The notes below the pieces were generated by a model that saw nothing but the letters and a program-made list of their open reading frames with translations, did not search any database and was not told where the DNA came from. A DNA stretch of 64,000 nt from assembly GCA_907165135.1 (NCBI GenBank), contig OU015569.1, positions 744,001 to 808,000 of the forward strand. The letters are read 5' to 3'. Below, one piece after another: positions 47,868 through 57,693 of this stretch. The translations under genes were made by a program, and so were the position numbers. The first letter of the stretch is position 1. Each line of letters starts with the position of its first letter. This DNA comes from Oikopleura dioica (lineage: Eukaryota; Animalia; Chordata).

Positions 47868-48790
47868 TAAATTTTGGTTCGATTCAATAACTACCCCTAC
47901 TAAGATAAGTTCGGCGGGAGATTTTCGGAACAGATGTTCTTCGCGGGATATCTATCCGGAAGCTTGTCTCGCGCCCTCTTTTGGACAAAAATCAGTTATA
48001 AAGAACCATTGGGTTGGCATTAATTATAAAAAAGTAATCATACAATGATCAATTTCAATTTTAAATGAATCTACAAGATTTCTTCCCGAGTAATAAAATA
48101 TTCTGATTTTATATTTAAATTCTGTTTAAAATAAATAATAATGAATCTGATATTTTATTAGAAAATATTGTTGAAGATGAGTTTTTCACTTTTCTAGAGC
48201 TAATTTGTCAGAAAACAAGGTGGTAATTGCAATCCCTTGCTCTCTTCCTGCAAGCGCTCGAAATTCTAGATAATCCCATGTTGCCATGCCAACGAGCCCT
48301 TTTCGCGAATCTCTAGAACTTCTGTTGACCTCAGGGCTAAAAAAACTGAAAAAGTCAGTTCGTCAAACTTCGACAGTCCGAAGCCACCCGTAAAAAGGTA
48401 AATTTCTTCAAAACAAAAAAGCGATTATTGAAAATTTCTTCAGAGATCTGAAGGTCCAGCTTAGGCAGAAATGAGACGCTGGACCAGACTGATTTGAATC
48501 TGGAAACAGAGTCGCATTCAACCTGCAGTCGACAAACTCGACTGCGGAAGTGACTCTTTCGTCGCTCTCCTAAAAAAGGACGAACAGCGAAAAACTGAAC
48601 GCGAAATCGGCGAAAAGTCTGGACTTGGACCACAAAGTGTGGATGCTCCTGATAAAGTTCCTGAATAAAATCAATTTTGACAATCAAAAATCAGTGTTGT
48701 TGTTGTCCTTTCTTTTGCATTTGGGAAAGGTTCAGTGTTGAGGAGTAGTAAGGTACTTGTCGTGGAGTGTAGTTGGTACAGTGACTACAG
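47868..48790. repeat. Local repeat copy 2 joined to the inverted copy of 12590-13610 (MITE-free, empty site at 48283-48290)
   Basis: Direct sequence comparison with 45741, 49020 and 12590-13610. Confidence 0.85.
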
Positions 48791-49786
48791 TGTATAATAA
48801 AATCTTGAATCCGTATCAGCTAAATAAAAAGAAATTTTTGTTGGTCGACTTGTACGACGGACCCTTTTCCGATGGATGTTGAAACTGTAATCAGCAAAAT
48901 GGTTTTAAGCTTTCCTCAATTGGAGACTTACCTCTTTCATTAATTTTCTGGCGCTTAGTCTTCGTTGATTTCATACTTCGTCGTTCTGTGTAGAATAGTT
49001 TTAGTTATAGAACTTCTTGAATTTTGGTTCGATTCAATAACTACCCCAACTTAGATAAGTTCGGCAGGAGATTTTTGGAGCAGATGTTCTTCGCGGGATA
49101 TCTTGTCTTGTGCCCTCTTTTGGGCAAAAAAAACACTTATTAGGAACCACTGGGCTGGCAGAAATTATAAAAAATGAAATGATACGATCAGTCCACAATA
49201 TCTGCAATATCGGCAAAATCTGAAATTTGAAATCAAGTTTGATTTGACTGTTTCTTATAAAATAAATAAAAAATAATTAGAGAGAACATCTGTTGAAGAA
49301 AAATTGTTCAATCGGAAAATATTTATTCAATGACAAAAAGCTCAATGCTCGACTTGGGCTGGGCAGGAGTTGTCATTTTTCTAACACCTCAGCTTTTATG
49401 TGGCGGCGCGAAAATGAATGTTCCGTAACCCTATCGCCATTAATATTTTCATTGCATTAAACTTATATATCTCTCCACCTGTAGCTTCTTCTACAGATAA
49501 AAATCTCGCGAGAAAAACGAACTAATCGAAAAAGAGAGAATCGACTCCAATGCAGTACATGGCGACCAAGGATCATCGGATAAGCATCAGTAATAGAAAT
49601 TGAAATGGGAAGTCTTTCACTCTTTCTTTTTTTGGAAAATTGAGAAAGCCAGTTTTTGGGGAAAAAAATAATGAGCGGCCTAAACAAGAAAGAGCAAAAT
49701 GTCGCGAACGCGATTATGATTTCTTCGGTTTTTCAGACGCCTGGATTTACAGATAGATCGAGTTTGAGAAAGAAGTTGAGTCTTCA

Positions 49787-50092
49787 AAACCTGAGTCAGG
49801 ACCTGAAAGAACTTTATTGTCACATTCAAGCTCTTTCAGGTCCTGACTCAGGTTCTGAACACAGGTTGCCGAGGCAAAACTAGAAAAAGCTTGCTTGGTT
49901 CGACAACCTCAGGTTGCCTGTGTAAAAACCTGACTCAGGATCCTTCAAGAGCTTCAAAATTTTCATCTGAATATTCTTTTCAACTTCTAAGGAAGCCGCT
50001 CCGCGGCTTTGTTTGGAGGAAAGCCGCTTCGCGGCTTTTTATTAGAGCTCTTCTAGGACCCTGAAACTCAGGTTTCTACACAGGTTGCCGAT
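49787..50092. mobile_element. Two MITE family A copies
   Basis: Paired cctgagtcagg/cctgactcagg at 49787-49875 and 49905-50092. Confidence 0.8.
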
Positions 50093-50410
50093 GATTGCCC
50101 AGATCGTTGTCGATAGTGAAAGTGCATGTTTTTTCATGATTTTTTTTGTTAATTCAATGTTGCAATTTTAATACACAGAGCGAGAGAAATTGTCTCGAGC
50201 AGCCAATAAAAAATTGGATAGTTGAATACTATATAAATCCGTGAGCAGGCATATCGGAATTCGCAAACGAAGAAGAGTGAAGAAGTGGCCGGGGAAAATG
50301 AATCCAAAGGAAGGGATCCAAATGACTCTCTTCGTTGATTTTTAGCACAAAATTTGCGATCCCATTTTCAAGAGAAACAACACTTTTACCGCCGAGCAAA
50401 AGGTTTGACC

Positions 50411-50635
50411 CTGGGCTCGGCAACCTGAGTCAGGGTTCTAAAAGAGAGTAAAATGAAAAGCCGCGCAGCGGCTTTTTTTAAAAACGAAGCCGCAAAGCGG
50501 CTTCGCCAAAGTTACCAACTCAATGAATCATTTTAACTAGCGAAGCCGCTTTGCGGCTTCGTTTTGAAAAAAAGCCGCGTAGCGGCTTTTCATTTTACTC
50601 TCTTTTAGAACCCTGACTCAGGTTGCCGAGCCCAG
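50411..50635. mobile_element. MITE family A copy with near-perfect ~95-bp arms and 7/8 TSD (gtttgacc/gtttgatc)
   Basis: ctgggctcggcaacctgagtcagggttctaaaagagagtaaaatg ... cattttactctcttttagaaccctgactcaggttgccgagcccag. Confidence 0.92.
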
Positions 50636-51312
50636 GTTTGATCCGTTTGACCCTTGTTTTAAGTTTCTTTTCAATATTAGAATTGGGTAGAATTGAGTAG
50701 AGAAAATCATGCTTGATTTATGACTGGCCCTGATTCTTTTAGATTAGCTACTTGACTGTAATTTACCATCCACAGATCCGCGGCGGGGATTAGTGCGTCA
50801 GGATGCGCGGCGGTTTCCTTTGCAATAAATACAGTAATTGACTGCCAGGGTAGACAAATCTTTTCAATTGCTGCGTGGCTTGAACTGTCCTTGAACTGTA
50901 TCGCCTATTTACTGTACGTCGCTTTTTTTAGTTGGCGCATTAGTGGAAGGGCAGTCCTCTTGGGAAGGTTGCAACCTTTGCCGTTCTCTCGCTCGACATT
51001 CGATTTTTTGATGTTAACAGTGTTACAAAACTAAATTAGCTGGAACTAAATAAAGCAGCAGCAGCTCGAGCGTTGAGCGCATTGCACAGATATCGGCGCG
51101 ATCCCCCGGGCGGCCCGTGTTTTTGAGAAGAAGTGGGATCGATGGAACTCCTGCGAATAGATAATGATTAATGATGGAGAGCTAATTTAAATTCCACCAA
51201 ATCTGTCACTCACTCGCGACAGAATTAAACACTCGCGACGCGCGACGCAGCAGAGCCATTTACTTCTACTTTAGCAGACTGCCTCAACAAACTAGAGTAT
51301 GTGAGAGAAGAT

Positions 51313-53006
51313 ATGGCCGAGAAGGCGTCCAATAAAGGTAAGGCACTTGGAAGGAAAAAGCTTGTAAAAACACTTTTCTAGCGTTTATAGGAGTAGCCGT
51401 CACTGCACTGATTCTTTGCGTTAGCGCAATTACTTTTCATGTGAGTAGAGAAACAGGAGAATTGAAGAGTTACTGTATTGAAAATTGAAGGAAGTATTAA
51501 ATAGACTAAAATTTGACCGGATTGATCAGTTCGGTCCACGACTAGGCAACCTGTGTAGAAACCTGAGTCAGGGTCCTGAATGAAAAGCTCTTCTAGGACC
51601 CTGACTCAGGTTTTTACGCAGGTTTTTCAATAATTTTCAAGCAATTTTTTATCAAAATTCAGAGAACTCCGATAAGAGAAATATAAATATACAGTTATTT
51701 ATTGAAAGAACTGTATTCAAATGATCAGAATTCCTGAGTCAGGAAACTAATTAAAGAAAAAATTGAAGTAAAAGCGTTTTTTTCGCTGATAAATGAAAAA
51801 TTAGGATATCAAAATTTGAAAGTGCGATTTCAGTGCTTTTACGGACCCCATCCGGTATGCGACACAGTGTTCTACCGCGTTTTGCCCTTGTTCGACTGCG
51901 TTTATATAATGGGAGGTACGAACGTCCGAGTTGATTAAAAATTAATCCCGCGATTTTCAAATAGCTATTATTGGACTTATCGCGGCTAAGCTGAATTATC
52001 CTCTTCTTTATGTATTTTTCATTGTTTCCGCCTGCTGCACCTGTTCATGCTACTCGCTCAATTCTGTAATTGACCTCATGGTCCTCACCAATAGCATAGA
52101 ATCCTTCGGTAAGTCCTTCAAAAGTCAACGAAGATCAAATTTTTTTTCAGGAAAAAATGAGCCGACAACGGATGATATAACTGGAGAGATGGTCGATTGC
52201 TCCGACCCCGATCTCAAATATCATTATCAACGAGTCGACCTGGCGCTAGAAATGTTTGGCATTATTATCCACGTGATGGCAATCATTATAGCACTCAAGT
52301 AAGCCGGGTCTGAGAGACCTGTGTTGAAAATCTGAGTCAGGGTACGCGGCTTTTTACCAAAGCTCTTTCACGACCCTGACTCAGGTTTCGGACTGGGATC
52401 GGCGGCCTGTGTGGAAAGCCTGAGTCAGGGTTCTGAACTTCAGAATCTGAAGAGCTAAAATGAAAAGCCGCGAAGCGGCTTTTGTAAAAACGAAGCCGCA
52501 GAGCGGCTTCGCCAGTGTTTAAAAATAGACTAAAGTGATTGAATTGCGTAGCCGCTTCGCGGCTTCGATTTAAAAAAAGCCGCTACGCGGCTTTTCATTC
52601 TAGCTGTTCAGAACTTGACTCAGGTTTTCTACTCAGGTTGCCGAGCCCAGGTTTCGGAGGTCAGAACTGAGCAAAATTTCTCAAAAAAGATTCAATAAAA
52701 TATTCTAACCTAAATCCCCAAGATCGCGAAAAAGACTTATCCAAGGAGAAATGAGAAAAGCCCGAACAATGACCCAACTGAACAACTGTCGGAAAGTGTA
52801 ATTTTAAAAGGTGGAAACTGCAAACTTCTTCAATACACCTCAAACTAACTGTAACTGCACTGTAAATTTCTGTATAAAAGAAGGGAAAAGAGAGAAAATA
52901 AAAAAAAACACAATTAATCAAATTTCGTTTTTTATCAAAAAAAAAAGGTTGAAAAATTTCAATGCGAGATCTCAGATCTCCCGCGGTGCGAAAATTCAAG
53001 CGGTGA
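51313..53006 (+). CDS. Small four-TM membrane protein (about 160 aa; tetraspan/MS4A-like topology)
   Basis: Six exons splice in frame: MAEKASNKAFIGVAVTALILCVSAITFH|CFYGPHPVCDTVFYRVLPLFDCVYIMG|AIIGLIAAKLNYPLLYVFFIVSACC...SF|GKNEP...LEMFGIIIHVMAIIIALK|SPAVRKFKR*. Confidence 0.75.
52393..52650. mobile_element. MITE family A copy with perfect 8-bp TSD GTTTCGGA, adjoining a shorter copy (52306-52390)
   Basis: GTTTCGGA|ctgggatcgg ... ccgagcccag|GTTTCGGA (52385-52392 and 52651-52658). Confidence 0.93.
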
Positions 53007-53101
53007 AAGGGTTTGAGGGCACGGCAGGTCGGGTCACTTCGTAGGCTATCCAGGCGGCACGGTTAAATTTGTACAACAATAATTTTTCGCATATTCGTAG
53101 T

Positions 53102-54592
53102 ATGAGACTTGGCATCGAGCTACTGTCATTACTGGCAGCTGCCGTAACGGCGAAGGAAGATGTGTTCACAAGAGAACAGGTCTTTGAGTTGATGATGGAT
53201 GCTACTGCTGGCGCGACTCATAAGACCCTCAAGCCGCCGAAGAAAAAGGGTCTTCCAGCAGCTGTTCCAGGTTTTATTCGAATTCCGATTTTTAGTAAAG
53301 TAGAATTACTGCTGAAAATCGAGAAGCCGCTTGCGTCTTCGAGATAATAAGACAGAAAAGCCGCGCTTCGCGCGGCTTATGTTCTTCTTCACTCGAAGCC
53401 GCAAGCGGCTTCTCGATTTTCAGCAGTAATTCTACTTTACTAAAATCTTCTCGATTTTCCTCTAGCAGTTTTCGACTAAAATTGATTTGAACTAAAACTT
53501 GAGCTAGAAATGGACTACGACGAGTGGGTAGAACTCGTCGGAAAGCCGTACAGAAACGCATTGGTGCAGCCTCACAAGATCGTCTTTTTGTACAGTTCGA
53601 TTGGAGCCAGTAAACAGGCGTCATTTTCGTGCTCGGAGTGTCCACAGAATCTGCAGGATTTTGAACTAGTGGCGCAGAATGTGATCCAGGGCGAGGGAGA
53701 GAACAAGGTCTTTTTTGCCTGGATGAACTTGACGCAGTCCAATTTGAATGCATTCAAGTCTGTTGGGGTTCAGCAGATTCCGGCGGTTGTTATTTTCAAC
53801 GTAAGTTTACAGTAACTTTACATGGTCTCGGGAACCTGTGTAGGAAGCCTGAGTCAGGGCCCTGACAAGAATCTATGAAATCTTTCATGAAACCCTTTTC
53901 AGGACCCTGACTCAGGTTCTTAAACAGGTTTTCGAGCCCAGATTTCCACAGAGAAGTTTTTTCACCTGTTAAATATTAGGACGGAAGAATTGAAGATGGC
54001 AAACGGTTGATCAGTCGCCAAGGAATGGATCCAAACCAAGACATGGCCCAGCAGATGGCCGCCTTCCTCCGAAAGAACAAAATCAACATTCCCGAGTTCA
54101 GACGACCCATCAACTTGAAAAAGTTAATTCTAAAAGGAACAGCGGTCTTTTTTGCAATCTGGGTGCTTTGGTCAATTCGAAAGTTGATTTTCTCTCGCAG
54201 CGCCGTGGCTATTTACTGCATTTTGTGCATGACGGCGACTCTAAATGGATCTGCTTTTCTCAAAATTAAAAACGTGAGTTTTCATTGAATGGATTTTTTC
54301 TCCATTTTGGCTTTCTTTTTAGGTGCCTTTTGGAACAATCGAAGATTTATTCAAAATCACGGGTCAATCCATGAGAGGAATTGAAAACGCTCTCGGAGCT
54401 TCTATCCAGCTAACCTGCCTGATTGGCGTTTTGCTCATGAACTCGACGCACAACTACCGATTGTTCACCTCGCTCATTGGCTTCGCACTCGCCTTCCTCT
54501 CCTTCTGGGCGTACTGGCATCTTTACAAGACAAAACGAGCCTTTTACTCTTATGCCCATGACGATATCCTTAGTTATCTTGACGAGATGTAG
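53102..54592 (+). CDS. OST3/OST6-family oligosaccharyltransferase subunit (MAGT1/TUSC3-like)
   Basis: Signal MRLGIELLSLLAAAVTA; thioredoxin-like lumenal domain with CSEC (CxxC) and KVFFAWMNL..IPAVVIF; RRPIN followed by four hydrophobic segments; terminal LYKTKRAFYSY. Confidence 0.85.
53287..53447. mobile_element. Foldback element in OST3/6 intron: AAGCCGC core with ~48-bp near-perfect locus-specific arms
   Basis: gatttttagtaaagtagaattactgctgaaaatcgagaagccgcttgcg / cgcaagcggcttctcgattttcagcagtaattctactttactaaaatc. Confidence 0.9.
53823..53941. mobile_element. MITE family A, short copy in OST3/6 intron
   Basis: ggtctcgggaacctgtgtaggaagcctgagtcagg ... cctgactcaggttcttaaacaggttttcgagcccag. Confidence 0.85.
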
Positions 54593-54629
54593 ACTGTACA
54601 ATGTAGTTCTATTTCCTGGAAAAACTCCG

Positions 54630-54645
54630 ACCATTTTCATTTCAG
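54630..54645 (+). promoter_or_regulatory. Putative trans-splice acceptor in the 63-bp gap between OST3/6 and STT3
   Basis: cattttcatttcag ends 10 nt upstream of the STT3 ATG, with no room for a promoter or donor. Inference from known SL trans-splicing in Oikopleura. Confidence 0.6.
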
Positions 54646-54655
54646 ACAATTCGAG

Positions 54656-57298
54656 ATGGGAGAGAGCAACGCTGTTGGCTCGCTAATTGTCCTCGTTGTT
54701 CTCATCGGCTCCTGTTTGATTGGATTTTTCAGCCGCCTCTTCGCTGTTATCAGGTAAGGACGAAGCTGAAATATGTCTTGTTCACTGTTTGAATGAAGAT
54801 ATGAGTCCATCATTCACGAGATGGATCCCTGGTTCAACTACCGCGCCACAAAGAAGTACGTCGAAATGGGCGCTCAAAACTTCATCAATTGGTTCGACTC
54901 GACCGCTTGGTACCCGCTAGGGCGCGCTGTTGGACCGACTGTTTATCCGGGACTCATGTACACCGCGGGAACTATTCATGCAATTCTCAATGGACTTGGT
55001 TTCACCACGGATATTCAGGTACACCCGGAAGTCAAACATGCCATGCCATGATGATGGTTTAAGGATGTTTGCGTGTTTACCTCGCCGATCTTTTCCATGT
55101 TTTCTTCCACCGCTACGTTTTTGTTGACACAAGAAGTTTGGAACACCAAGGCAGGACTTGTAGCAGCCGTTTTCATGTCTATCATCCCCGGTTACACGCA
55201 GCGCTCCGTCGCCGGCAGTTTCGACAACGAGGGCGTCGCCATTTTCGCCCTGCAAATCTCCTTCTATTGCTGGCTCCGTGCAGTTCGCACTGGCGCTGTC
55301 TTCTGGGGCGTTGCGACGGCCTTTTGCTACTGGTACATGACCTCTGCTTGGGGCGGATATGTCCTCATTATCAATATGATCGCGCTGCACACCTTTGTCA
55401 TTCTGCTGACTGGGCGATACTCGGAGAAAGTTTACTCGGCCTACACGAGCTTTTACTGCATCGGGCAAATGATGGCGATGTGCATTCACTTTGTCAACAC
55501 GCAGCCCGTCACCACGTCGGAGCATATGTCTGCTTTTGGCGTTTTTGGTCTCATACAGGTACCGCAAATGAACCCTTTCTGATACAACGAATTCTCCCCT
55601 TAGCTCTTTGCTTTCCACAGTCGATTGACGAAAACCGTTGGCGCAGAAGGATCCCGAAGGTTCTTTCAATTCGTCGTTGTGGTCATTCTAGCGCTCGGAA
55701 CTGTGGGACTTGTTTTGGCTGTTAGACTTGGATACGTTGCTCCGTTCACTGGGCGATTCTACTCGATGTATGACACTGGCTACGCGAGAAAGCACATTCC
55801 GATCATTTCTTCCGTGTCCGAGCATCAACCGACCGGCTGGGAGCGATATCCGATGGACGTTCATCTCCTGCCAGTTTTTGCCTTTGCCGGAATTTGGTAC
55901 ATTTTCCAGGTGAGATTTTTGCTGAGAATCTTTCTTTCAATTTTTTTAGAATCTCAATGCCCAGAATTTATTCCTCATCGTAAATGGCGTGTGCAGTTGC
56001 TATTTCAGCGGCATTATGACAAGACTGATGTTGACGGTTGCGCCAATTATCAGCGTTCTGGCTGGAATTGGATTCAGTGTTTCAATCGAAAGACTTTTGT
56101 TGAAACTCCCGCCGCCAGAAATTCCGGCTCCAGAACTTACTGAGAAAGAGAAACCGGCAGTCGAGGACGGTGACGAAGAAGATGATGATGAAATCAAGGA
56201 AGAAAAAGTCGAAGAAAAAGAGGAAGAAAAGGCCGCGACAGATCGATTCGGCTTTCTTAGAAATCACCCTCTTCCTTTGAAATTACTGTAAGGGGTTGGT
56301 GGAAAATTGAGGTTGTGCTCAATGAGCTTTTTAGGATTCTAGCGACGTTTGGAGGCTTTGGAAGCCACTACGTTCATCACTCGAGTATGTTCACTTCTCT
56401 TGCGTACTCAAGTCCGTCCATCATGAAGTACGTAAAAGGCCCTCGAGGAAACCAGCTACTGATGGATGACTGGCGGGAAAGCTACTACTGGCTCAGACAG
56501 AATACGAAGGTAATAAATGACAAGGACAAGGACAGAAACGTAACCATTGAAAATCAAGGAAGACGCAGTAATCGCTTCATGGTGGGATTATGGCTATCAA
56601 ATTGCTGGCTTCTCGAACAGAACAACAGTAGTTGACAACAACACATGGAACAACACTCACATCGCCCAGGTGGGAAGAATCCTCGCAAGTCCGGAGGCCA
56701 AAGCTTGGCGACTCGCAAAAGAGCTCGATATCGACTACTTTTTGATCTTCTTCGGCGGCATTAACGGCCACTCTGGCGACGATATCAACAAGGTCAGTCC
56801 CCAAAACTCGATTTTCCTCTCGATTAAACCAATTTTAAGTTCATGTGGATGATTCGAATCGCTCAAGGCGTCTTCCCAGAAGACGTGAAGGAGAAGGACT
56901 TTATCTCGAACCGCGGCCGCTACAGCCCTGGAAAAGACGATCTGACCCCGACTTTCCGCGACTCTCTGATGTACAAGCTGAGTTATCACGAGTTCGGCAC
57001 CAAGCACAAAATCCGCAACCAAAAGGGAGAAGTGTACGGCTACGATCAAGTGCGTCGCGTTGAAATCGGCCACAAAAACTTCAACCTGAAATATTTCGAA
57101 GAAGTTTACACCACATCCAAGGGCCTGGTCAGGCTCTATCGATTGAAGACGAGGGAGGAACTCTTCGGGGGATTTGCAGACACGAAGAAGGCAATCAAAA
57201 CGAGACGTTCCAAAAAGATAAAGAAGATCAAGGCCACAACGCCAGAGAAATTAGTACAAGGCAAAAGAACAAGAGCCAAGGCTCAATTTCAACTGTAG
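54656..57298 (+). CDS. STT3B: Oligosaccharyltransferase catalytic subunit, STT3B-like
   Basis: [77 protein letters not shown], acidic loop before the last TM. These match STT3B better than STT3A. Confidence 0.95.
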
Positions 57299-57439
57299 AT
57301 AGTATTGTAGTAGACTTTGTTCAATAAAAAAACACGCTCAAGGAAACAAAAAATCTCAATTATCATTACTCATTTGCAGGAAAAAAGCGAAATTGTGAGC
57401 TTCATAATTAGGCAGATTATCCAGAAAATCGAGCGCGCT

Positions 57440-57620
57440 GATTGGCTCGCGCGCCAAAATCACTATAATTATAATTAGTACTAATAATCTCCTTCCTAAC
57501 CGTCTGGAATTATCAACAGGGAGCTAAAGAGCCATCAGTCGTCTCTAAAAACCCGTCTGCAGTCAGAAAATCGACTCGAAAAGAGCAGCGTTCGCAAGTC
57601 AAAAAGGCGCGAAATTTTCT
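57440..57620 (+). promoter_or_regulatory. Possible cell-cycle-type promoter (CCAAT plus E2F-like sites)
   Basis: ctgattggctcgcgcgccaaaa at about 57437-57459 and ggcgcgaaa at about 57606. Motif match only. Confidence 0.35.
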
Positions 57621-57693
57621 AGATTATGCATTTTTCCTCTCGCGAATTTCATTCTCGCTCGTCACAACGCACGAGAGAGCTGAAAGTGACGTT

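Noticed and set aside
47874-47890. GGTTCGATTC as a tRNA T-loop / SINE B-box (also at 45746 and 49025)
   Set aside because: No T-stem pairing, no A-box at a suitable distance and no cloverleaf.
54917-55669. 250-aa minus-strand ORF
   Set aside because: Antisense shadow of STT3 exons.
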